From: Rhizophagus irregularis
Lineage: Eukaryota
Direction: 5' to 3'
DNA: 64,000 nt
Assembly: GCF_026210795.1 (NCBI RefSeq)
Contig: NC_089432.1
Span: 868,001-932,000 of the forward strand
The position numbers and the translations under genes were made by a program. The notes under the pieces were generated by a model that was given only the letters and a program-made list of their open reading frames with translations, had not been told where the DNA came from and did not search any database. How positions within the stretch are numbered: position 1 is the stretch's first letter; each line of letters opens with the position of its first letter. Shown here one piece after another: positions 28,050 to 39,563 of the stretch.

Positions 28050-28330
28050 TCCTATAAAAAATCATGTTTTTAATAAGGTTTTATACAATTTTTTATTAAA
28101 AATAATATTTCTAATCTATATAGGAATACAGAAAATGCACAATTCCATATTACAAAATGCATCATTTGCATGATTTGACCATAATTTATGCTGAATTTAT
28201 ATTCAGAAATTACATACTTTAAGCATAGAATTTACATGATTTGGTTAATGAATTTACTACTTAAATTACAATTATTAATATTATTAGTTGCATTTATATG
28301 AATTTGATTTTAATAATATTTTATTAAATT
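28050..28330 (+). mobile_element. Degenerate copy of the left end of the 15639-17062 element
   Basis: CCTATAAAAAAT...ATAGGA.TAC.GAAAATGCACAATTCC.TAT...GAATTTACATGATTTGG matches 15640-15900. Confidence 0.6.
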
Positions 28331-28484
28331 ATTAAATCAAATATAAAAATAAAAAAAAATCCTTAGTATCAATGTGATTATAATTAGCCAATAATATAAA
28401 TTAATTCTTATGATTTAAAATAATTATGTAAGTTGTAATAAGTGTTTTAAAGTTAATACAGCTACAAAAAAATGAAATCTTATA

Positions 28485-29612
28485 AAAATTAATATTCAAG
28501 TAGAATCAACCCGCCTGAACAACTTTCAATTAATAAATGAAGTTGATTTCATTTGTCCAAAGTGGAGATATTACGCTCTAATTAAAAAAAAAACAGAAAA
28601 GAGAGATATCATCAAGAAAAATGCAATCTTCTCTAAGTACTACACCTATATTCATGAAAATTAATATTCAAGCAGAATCAACCCACCTGAACAACATTCA
28701 ATTAATAAATGAAGTTGATTTCATTTGTCCAAAGTGGAGATATTACGCTCTAAATTAAAAAAAAAACAGAAAAGAGAGTTAATATCATCAAGAAAAATGC
28801 AATCTTCTCTAAGCACTACACCTATGTTCGTGAAAATTAATATTCAAGCAGAATCAACCCACCTGAACAACTTTCAATTAATAAATGAAGTTGATTTCAT
28901 TTGTCCAAAGTGGAGATATTACGCTCTAAATTAAAAAAAAAAACAGAAAAGAGAGTTAATATCATCAAGAAAAATGCAATCTTCTCTAAGCACTACACCT
29001 ATGTTCGTGAAAATTAATATTCAAGCAGAATCAATCCACCTGAACAACTTTCAATTAATAAATGAAGTTGATTTCATTTGTCCAAAGTGGAGATATTACG
29101 CTCTAATTAAAAAAAACAGAAAAGAGAGATATCATCAAGAAAAATGCAATCTTCTCTAAGTACTACACCTATATTCATGAAAATTAATATTCAAGCAGAA
29201 TCAACCCACCTGAACAACTTTCAATTAATAAATGAAGTTGATTTCATTTGTCCAAAGTGGAGATATTACGCTCTAAATTAAAAAAAACAGAAAAGAGAGT
29301 TAATATCATCAAGAAAAATGCAATCTTCTCTAAGCACTACACCTATATTCATGAAAATTAATATTCAAGTAGAATCAACCCGCCTGAACAACTTTCAATT
29401 AATAAATGAAGTTGATTTCATTTGTCCAAAGTGGAGATATTACGCTCTAAATTAAAAAAAAACAGAAAAGAGAGTTAATATCATCAAGAAAAATGCAATC
29501 TTCTCTAAGCACTACATCTACATTCATGAAAATTAATATTCAAGTGCTTTTAACCCGCCTGAACAACTTTCAATTAATAAATAAAGTTGATTTCATTTGT
29601 CCAAAGTGGAGA
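28485..29612. repeat. Tandem array, ~6.5 units of 170-177 bp
   Basis: The anchor AATATTCAAG recurs at 28491, 28663, 28839, 29016, 29186, 29360 and 29535. Confidence 0.95.
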
Positions 29613-31162
29613 TTATAGTGTGTTTGGAAAAAGAAGTTTAATTTAAAAAAATTTTATATAAAAAAAAATGTAATATAAAAATTAAGAACTGAGTTGACAA
29701 AAATTTGAAATAACATGAATTTTAAATTAATTCTTTCATTAATTATAAATTCAAGTAGTTTAAAAATAAAAATAGTAAAAAAAAATATTTTTTATGAAAT
29801 ATTACAGTATTTTTTAAAAAAAATACACTTATAATTTTAATTTGTAATTATGTAATATCCAAATATTTAATCTTACAAATAGAAAAAATGTAAAAAAAAT
29901 TTTATGATGTTTTTATAAAAAAAGAAAAAATTTTAAATTTTTGAAAAAAAATTTCGTCTAACACTTTTTTAATTGATTATCACAAGATCTGCATGATCAT
30001 CTATACGTTTTTAATTTTTTTTAACTTTATTTATTTCTTAAATAAGGGGGACTTCGTCCCCTAAGCATATCATTTGTTCATATATGCCAATTTTTGGAAT
30101 TAGCACTTTTTGATTCTAAAAAACAAACTTTACCAAATTACCGGTTGCACAAAATAATAATCTATGAATAAAATTGTTAATCATATTTTTTTTAATACAC
30201 CATTATTAAAATTTAAATAATCATTATAAAATTCTTGGAACAAAATTGCAAATAACTTGATGTCTATGTAAGATAAATGGATGAATTTATATTCATCCAA
30301 AAGAGAAAATTAAGACCTATCTAATGAATCCAAAAACAAATGAATTGATTCACTGGTTGCTAAGCAAATGCATTCAATATATATTTTTTTTTTAATATTT
30401 ATCTTTGATTGTTGATATCACCATGCCTAGTAATGCTAAAATAAAGTACATTCTTACCTTTCAAATGAGTTTAAAATTATTTGATTAGCATATGTGAATG
30501 CCAAGATATTAATGAACTTGTTAATTGCATAAACTGACATAAAGTTATCATTTCTTATCAAAAAAAAATTTTAGAATCTTATTAACTTAAAAAAATAAAA
30601 AATCTTATATTATAGCTTATATTTTTAATATTTTATATAAAAAAAAGTAGGGAACTGAAGTTAAAACAAATAAAAAATAATTTTTTCTTATGAATAATAA
30701 TTTTTTTTTTACTTACTGTTTAAAATAACCACTTTATATATTTATTAATTTTTTTTAACAAAAAAGTGATTGAAAAGTGATTGAAAAAAAGAATTGGTTA
30801 TTATCTTTGTTTTTGAATATGATAAAAAAAATTTTTTTATTTTCTGATAAATTTGGATTATCTGAACATATAACACATATTTAATTTAGGTTTATAAAAG
30901 TTAAATGGATAAAATTTTATGAAAAATTTAATTTTGGGTTAACTTTACTAACTGAAAGTTTCTTGAAGTTAAATCAGATGACCTTTGATTAAATATGCAT
31001 TAAATTTTTTGTGAAGTTTAAAAATTGATAAGTATTGAATAAAAAGTAAAATAATTCTACAAAAAATAATATAGCATTGAACAATACAATGAGCAATTCT
31101 TGAGTGAATAATGTTCAGTAAATGTCAATAATCAGTACATAATATTATTTTGCGTATTGTTT

Positions 31163-31393
31163 AAAGCTCCTGGCCAAATGGTTCCAATTTTTATTTTTTT
31201 TGATAATGTGTCAAAATAACTCGCCATCTATCGATGCTAAAATGATGATTTTGGCATCATTTGAAAGCTCTCAATAAGAGGATTCTAATGAGCTCTTAAT
31301 CGTCTTTCTACAATCACTGGATGGTGAGTTATTATGTGAAAATGATTCTAACCAATTAAAAAAGAATTGAAAATTGGAACTGTTCGGAGCTTT
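31163..31393. mobile_element. Degenerate MITE
   Basis: Imperfect TIRs AAAGCTCC..GTTCCAATTTT / AAAATTGGAAC..GGAGCTTT. Confidence 0.45.
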
Positions 31394-32583
31394 TTTATTA
31401 TTATTCAATGTTTTGATCATTGAAATGATCAACGCACTAGTATTATTGGTTTAATTTTTAATATAAAAATTATATTGTAATGGATAAAATAATTAAAACA
31501 ATATATTATTTTTATTTAATAAATTTTAGTAAAAACTTCATTATTTAATTAAATGTTAATTAAATTTAATTGTTTTATCATTTTTTAATTTTTTTTTAAT
31601 TTTTTTTATTTATCTCTTTGACGATGATCAAAGAAAAAAGATGATCAACAAAATTTTTTTTTTACAAAAGTTTATTATTTGATAATTAAACTTAACAAGC
31701 AATAAGAGTATCACAGAAGTGCCCAATTTATGATTTTATTCTAATGATGTCAAAAGAAGCAATATTTGCATATAGCAATATTTTTTGAAATATTAGCATT
31801 AAATAATGTATTACTATTGAAATTGCGAATATGCATATGCAATACAATATGCAATATGCATATTTATATATATATAAATTTGAACTCTAAAGTTCGCGTT
31901 GCACACTTCCAAATTTCTGAAAAAATACTTGAAGATCACACAACAAATACCAAATTAAGCGAAAAAGTACATTTATTTGGAAAGTGATCATCAATAACTA
32001 TCACATTAAAAGTATACTATCGCGAAATTATTCATTTGAAAGTCCTCCCAATTTAATTATCTCCTTGTTTATCCGTCCCCATATTCGTACATTAATGAAT
32101 AATATGTTAGTAGAATTGATGTAATGAGTTATTACTTATTATTGATGTTTGATAAGTCATCCTAATATTAAAGGGAAGGAAAGAGTTCTTTTTTCACTAC
32201 AAATCTATCACATTGTGACACTACTAGTTTACTAAAGGCCAAGCTTTATACAAACTGGCAATTTTATCGATAAACCAATTTTGTTGATTTTAAAAGAAGT
32301 AACATGCAATAATCAACTCATAAAATGACCAAATGAAAATATATTAGAAAGCTATAATTGCATTTTACTTTGATCAAATAAAATGGAGCATTTTTTTTTA
32401 TTTTGAGAAAAATTTCCTATAGTACAGCAATTATACACTCTTTTATATTAATATAATACCTCAAGCAATCACATTATTAGAAGTAAATAAAGAAGTGGCT
32501 TAAAGAATTATGAGCATTTCCACCATACAAGTATTTTAAGTTTAAAAAAAAGTATGAAGCAAAAAATGTAAAAATAAACCACA

Positions 32584-33662
32584 TTATGTAATCTTAGAAA
32601 CTGTTCCTTCTGTAAGTTCTACTAATTTATTTAGAGCACTTGCACTCCCTTGTTTAGCCGATTTTTTATACCAATAAATAGCCTGTTTAACATTTTTTTC
32701 AACTCCATCACCATTTTCATATATTAAAGCAAGATTATATTGAGCATAATGATTTTCTAAATTCGCAGCCTTTTGATATGATTCAAACAGTGTTGTCAAA
32801 TGACACTGAAATGACATTGAAATGACATCAAATGATATTAAATGACATCGATTTTACTATGAAAAAGTATGAGGAATGACAAATGTCATTTGAAAAATGG
32901 GCAAATGACATGGCAATTTAACAACACTGGATTCAAATGCTTTTTGCTTGTTAACATCAGTTCCAATTCCATTATTATAACAATACCCTAACATAGTTAT
33001 CCCACCTGAATATTCTTTTTCAGCCGATTTCTTAAAAAGCTCAAAAGCTTTATAATAATCCATTTCAACGCCTTCCCCATTCTTATATATATGAGCAAGA
33101 TTATGCTGTGCTAAACAACTGCCTAAATTTGCTGTCTTTTGATATAATTCAATTGCTTTTTGAATATTTGTGTCAGTTCCAATTCCATTATCATGACAAT
33201 GTCCTAGCAGATTTATACCACATAAAAGTTCTTTCTTTGCTAATTTTTTAGATAATTCAAAAGCTTTATCATAATATTTATCAGTGCCTTCTCCATTAAT
33301 ATACATATTAGTAAGGTAAACTTGGGCTGCATTATTTTCTAAACTTGCTGCTTTTTGAAATAATTTAAATGCTTTTTTCATATCAATACTACTAACTCTT
33401 GTAAATTTATATTGAAACTATTAAAATTATCAAGAATATTCTTCTTTCTTACTTTTCTTTCTTTTCCTTCATTCAATTCTTCAAAGTAAATATGAACTAA
33501 TTTATCAATTACAATACCTATATCTTCTTCAAAAATATTTTCATGGATGTTTTGAATCGTAGGTTCTATTTCTTTTATTCTTATTTTATCAAATTTTTGA
33601 ACATTTCGAGATAATTTATGTAATGTATTATTAGTATTAGATAAATCCGAATTAAGTTGCAT
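32584..33662 (-). pseudogene. Sel1-repeat pseudogene, close paralog of 25726..26727
   Basis: Three ORF pieces are collinear with the paralog. There is a ~79-nt frameshifting deletion near 33388 (NWLLNN...GIEI lost) and a MITE at 32788-32929. Both flanks are also homologous to the paralog's flanks. Confidence 0.88.
32788..32929. mobile_element. 142-bp hAT-type MITE
   Basis: 8-bp TSD GATTCAAA (32780-32787, 32930-32937), TIR CAGTGTTGTCAAAT / ATTTAACAACACTG, and internal AAATGACA repeats. Confidence 0.9.
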
Positions 33663-33845
33663 GATGGGCGAAGTACATAATTTGGAATTAGAAAAAGAAG
33701 AAAAGGTATAATTTGTGTCACCTTTTGCAATGATATTTATTTTTTTCATGGTGATACTGCAGTTTGCAGGTCGGCTTTTGTTACATCATTTCTGTCTAAA
33801 TCACGTGATAATTTTATTGTTCCAATAAAAATCATGTAATAAGAT

Positions 33846-33912
33846 CCCTGTAAAAAATGTTGATTCACAGAATTTCTACGGAAATTACAGAAATATTCGG
33901 ATTTTTATAGGG
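33846..33912. mobile_element. 67-bp CCC-terminal mini element with 3-bp TSD
   Basis: GAT|CCCTGTAAAAA...TTTTTATAGGG|GAT, the same terminal type as 15639-17062. Confidence 0.65.
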
Positions 33913-34509
33913 GATATCAACCAATCAAAATCATATAACTAAATGATGATTAGCTAAATTCAAACAATAATTAGTTTCTTTCCATCATTCAATTTTTTTT
34001 TAAAAAATATATTATTCATTAAGAGTATTAATTTTGTACATGAATGCAAAAAAAAATTGTATAAGGAATTATCATTATATGATGGGCCAATTTCTAAAAC
34101 ATCGTCGAATCGCAGATGAATTATGTTTCAAAACTATGCATAGCTATAGTCGTGACATATTTATCATTTAATTCCAGTATTCACTCAAATTCCAACAATA
34201 TAGGTGAAACAGCCATATGAAGCTGGATTATTTTAATAAGTAGCATAAAATAACTTCTTACATTAATTATTCCATCGATTTATTTATTTTATGTTTATAT
34301 ATATTGTAAAGTTCGTGATATTGAAAGCGAAATCTTTATTTTGAAATCGAAGATTTATTATGTACTGTACATAATAAATACGAATATACGATTTGCTAAT
34401 TTTTTTTTTATACCGTAACTCTTCGGTATTATTTAATTCCGGTTCTTGGTCAGAATTAAGAAAAAAATTTTTTATTTAATTAATTAAAATGTGACTTTAA
34501 TCACTCAAA

Positions 34510-36420
34510 ATTTTTTATTTTATTTTATTTTATTAAATAAAGACGTAGACTGGGGTGATAACAAGGGAATTCCTGTAAGTTAGCACCATTACAAATAGTG
34601 AATTAAACTATACAAAAGTTAACACCCAACGGCCAACTCCCTAACGAAGTTGTCCAGCCTCTTATTGAAAAATTCTAGGCATGACCTAATTTCTATCGGC
34701 TCATTAACTATATCATCGCGAACAAAAAAGCAAAAAAAAGGAATTCGAACTAGATAAGCTAATCGTATTTTTCTTCTACTACCTATATGGCACTATACGT
34801 AAATACCGTCAGGTTAGAATAATGTAAGTTATAAAGGTGCAAACTTAATGATGTGACGTAACTCTTAGTTAAGCCGCATCATAGACGTAATTAGGACGTA
34901 ACCCTCAGAAGTGGATAAGTTTGCATTCTATTACTAATTATATTATAATTAAACATGTAGACACATGATATATGACGTAACCCTAAGGGTGCACCCTTAG
35001 TAAGTTATATAGAGGTCCGTTATTAGACTTTAAGGATGATCAATTTAGTCAGTCGTGTGCTGGTGTCAGCGGATAGATAACGGTATCGATTGATGATGGA
35101 GCAGATACGTATGATAAATCACTCATGGTTGTATGGGAGTTCTTCGTAAAAACACGTCCGGAGCGTTGATGATATATAGCCTGATCATGTTTGGAAATAG
35201 AACAGAAAGCGGTAGTGTTCGCTTTAGTGATAATGTCATCTGTACGGTATATTTGTCTTTGTTGGTATCGTTGTCTGACCGCTAGAGCTATTACATATCC
35301 ATAATTGTGTTGAGGAATGGAACTGACGTCAAAATGGTGTCTAATTTTGTAGTCAAAAAGGTTGATATTGTAAGTGTTGCGATAATAGTGCCTGGCGGTA
35401 AAGGAGGTAGAGGCTTTTTCTCTTTATTACGCTTTTTTTAGTGTGACGTAACCAACTTTTCTCACGTCGTTGAGCTTTTTTCTCTTTTTCAGGATCTGAA
35501 GAATAACAAAGTGGAGGTTGTTTGGAGTATATTTCGTATTTTGCAGGTAAATGATGAATCTGTTTAAACACTGTAGGATTAGGTAGGCGCATCGTAGAAC
35601 GGTGAAGTATGTAAGGTTTAGTTTTGTCATTGTGGTATCCTTAATAACCGAGGATACTTTTTGTGAGACGATTCCATCATTACACTTGTTTGGGTGAACG
35701 GACGATATCAAATTTCAATTTAGAGTATTCTTTGTAGTAGACCCGCTTGGTCTCGATGTTGTCTTTAATAGTTGGCATTTTCATGACTTTTTTCAGTTCG
35801 GGATTACGTTCTCCCTTTTTGGTGTTATATTTCCTGATGGAAAATACCTAGACGATTGGAATGGACTTCTTTTACGTTTTTTTCGTTTTTGATCGTGCAT
35901 TTCGTTAGTTATGGTGAGTTATTCTCGGTAAAACCGTGGGTCACGTGCCAACAGATTGTCAACGTGTAATAATGATGTTTTAGTTACGTGTTCATTGCAT
36001 CTCCAACGATTGTTTGACATGGCGAATGCTGCGGGGAGGGTACAGTTCGAGCCGCAGCGCAAATAAATTCCTAAGTATATCACGTTTTGTCCAGAATTAA
36101 AACGTATGTAGGTTTTTGTGCATCGATTATTGGGCTTGTTCGACTCTAGTCGTTGTTTTAAGGCAAAAAATTTATCTTTGATTAAGTCTCGTAGGTATTT
36201 AAAATATTTTGTTACAGTTGCAGATGAGAATTGTCTGTTTAAGGAAAATACGAAGTTGAGGTATGTTCTGATTAGGCAATTGAGGTTTGGTTTTTTACTT
36301 GATGATAGGTATGTGAGTGTATGTTTTTTTTAGATGAGTATCATTGGTATAGATCTTGGTTCCAACAGTTCGTTTTAAAGACAAAGAAAGGAGAAAATAT
36401 CTGTCTTTTCAGGTATTGTA
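34510..36420 (-). mobile_element. Degenerate retroelement-derived segment
   Basis: (TTTTA)n tail at 34510-34533, higher GC than the surroundings, and frameshifted basic ORF remnants on the minus strand (HSNRLGI, KKKAQRREKSWLRH). The right boundary and TSD are not resolved. Confidence 0.45.
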
Positions 36421-39400
36421 TAATGTTCCACTGACAGATTGGCTTTCTTATTTGATTATTAATTAATTGCCGATCCGCATTAAAGGGATAGAATTTCTAT
36501 AGTAAAATGCGGCGCAATTTTATTATATGAACGATGTAGATCATTAGATTGTAATGCATAATTCGGATTAATTTGTCATACAACAGTTTAAATAAATGAA
36601 TGTAATGTGATTTTAGGATCTTCAATAAGCCACCCGAGCTAAAAAAATTTATTATTTTTTATTATTCAAAAAGTTTTATATGGAGGAAAGACAGATTTCA
36701 TAACATATAGTCTAATAGTGAGTGTTATTATATTTATGCTGGATTTGTCTTTTGACGTTTACTAGCCCTATTAGTGCTACTCTCGCTACTATTACTATTG
36801 TTTACGACGCCATTTGTTTCTATTAGTGCACGTTCTGACGCTTCTTTTTTGAAACTTTTACTATACCTTCCGATCCAACCTTTGATAGTTTTTATTGTTG
36901 GTATTTCTTCCGAAACAAGTTCACCTTCTGTAACCAAATTTTCTAGACTCGCATGCATAGCTTCAGGTGAATAACGATCTGCAGGTCCGCTAAAAAATAA
37001 CCTTGCAAATATTGAACAACCTTTTTTGATATACGCTTTCCTCCACCCTTATTACCAAGTTGTAGATTCTCTTTCAAAGCCCATCCTGCATCAAAAGGAA
37101 ACTCTGGGTCGGCACTATTATTAGAATATGTTATTAGCCTAAGTCTTTGGAGATTTTTCGCACGTGAATAAATTTTTACCCTATGTGTTCTTGTGACGAA
37201 ACATATGTGCATATTTAGTTTTATGTATAGAAAATAGAACAAAGGTATGTTACAAATAATAATTACCCCCAATATCTGATTCATTATTATTAGTAATTGG
37301 GTTTCTTGTCCAATCTTTAGTTTCGGGTTTTTATAACAGGTGATTGATTGTGGATAGTAATTAGTTTTATTATAAGGTAATACAAAATTTTACATTTGAC
37401 ATTTTTTTCTCTATTATAATTATCTTTTATTAAAACAATTATTCTAATACTACCTTTTTTTTCATCGGGAATTGGCATCACCCAAGAACTTTTTGGTATA
37501 GTTGGATCAGAAATTGTGGGAGACGGTCTATAGCTAGCACCACAAAAACTAGCAACTTGTGCGGGTGAAAATTCAGTCCATGTACCAATATTAGGAAGGG
37601 GACGTGCTCGAATATACCCTGCAAATTGTCCTGTTACTGGCCAGTTCCATTCAAACCATTTTGATATACCAGGGATAGTTTTAGTTCTTTTTTCATTTTG
37701 TTTTTTATTACTGATGTAAATAGCCAAAATTTATAATATCGCAAAAAATAAACTTGCATTAATGAATGTCATATGATATGAATATTCTAAATCTTTTTTT
37801 TTTATTTTCGCGTCGTATTAATTTTTTGATTTTTATTATTTTCACGTCATGTTAATTTTTTTGATTTATTATTTTCGTATTACTATAAATTTTTACTCCC
37901 AATTTTGATTTATATTTGTGTTAATAATAAATACAATTTTGATAACAAGTGTTTACCCTGATGTATCATTTTCTACTGCTATTTGCCCTGATAATTGATC
38001 CCGATTTGGTTCTATATGTGCTACTGATGTTCCACTTAGATCTTGAAGTGCCGTTTCAATATTGGTTCCATCAACAAGATCACATCCAACTCTAACATAT
38101 CTCTTGGATGCATGCGCAATCTATAAATTGTGAATAAAAGTATTGGTTAATAAAATGCTAAAAATATCTAATTATATATATGATATGGCAAATTTACTTG
38201 CCGTTGCATGATGGGAATCGACCGTCGTTTTCGCTTCCCCTGGCTCAAGAAAAATCCAACCACGTACTTCCACATTGTACCAGCAATACCAATGACTAAT
38301 AATCGCCATCAACTCTGAATTGTGATAATGCCCTCCATTATCCGATATTATTTTTATCCAACGGGGTTTAGGATTTATTGTTTCAAACACTGCTTCAAAG
38401 CAAGATGCTGTGAACCATGCATCTTGCTTTGTGTCAGAACTCCAATGATCATAAGCTTGAATATCCAAATCTTCATCGATTTTTCGAAATACAAGGGTAG
38501 TGTGAAGTGTCCAACCACGCTTACCAAAAAATTCACTTTTTGTTTCTCTAGATGTTTTAGGTAAAATTCGCATTTTATAATCAACAATAATAACAGCTCC
38601 TTCATTATCTAATTCAACTAATGTAGAATTAAATTGAGCGTTGAGGTATTTTTTACGAGTTTGATGGGCTAGATAACATTTCAATTGTTCTTGATATTCT
38701 TGGAGTTTAGTATGATGAGAAATATCAAGCTGATATCTTAGATCTTCAAATATAGTAAAAAATGTATCACATTCCTGACATCGTGAAAAATGTTGTTGTT
38801 TGCATTCTCCAAATGCAAATAATAAACAATGATTAATACAATCCACATGATCTGTTGTGCCATCTTCGTTCATGACTAATTCTTTTTCATAATCTCGCTT
38901 TAGATGACGACGTAAAAGCTCTAATTTGTGAATCAAAATACCCTATATAAGAAATATAATTATAATTAATCACAAGTTTTATAATAAAAGAAGTTATTAT
39001 TTGACTTACCCGTAATATTTTATCAGAAAAATTCATATTAACTAATTCAATCAAATTCTCTATTGGTTGATATCCATAGTCATTGCATGTTAGACATAAA
39101 CCTTCTAAATCTTCTCGGTATTTAAACCGGCCATTTTGCAAACGAGCCATAAAAGAAGTACGCTTCATTCCATCAGGATAGGTAGTGGAAAATTTTTCCC
39201 AAAGTGCATTTTTCTGATTTTTTAGATAAAGAACTGGCAATTGTGTTTTTGCATCCACCTTATATGAGCTCATATTAACATTTTCTTTGTCTGCAAAAAA
39301 TAATTCAAATTGTTTTTCTTTAACCTCAGACATTTTTGAGCGTGTAATATTTGGTTTTTTTAGTGCAACACATCCTGGTCCATTAATTCTAGAAAATTTT

Positions 39401-39563
39401 CGTGCTGCATTAATTGAATTAGGTGAAACCTAAAAAATATATGTTTTTTAACTATAACTGACACATTTATTATACAAAAAACTACATGAAAAATATACAA
39501 TTTTTTTTACCTCTAGCTCATCCTTGTATATAAAGCTTTCTCCAATTATTGACAATATGCGTA

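Noticed and set aside
28725..29159. Two similar short ORFs
   Set aside because: They are by-products of the 174-bp tandem repeat, and the frame shifts with variable A-runs.
28485..29612. Centromeric satellite
   Set aside because: The monomer length is suggestive, but there are only about 6.5 units, and length alone is not evidence.
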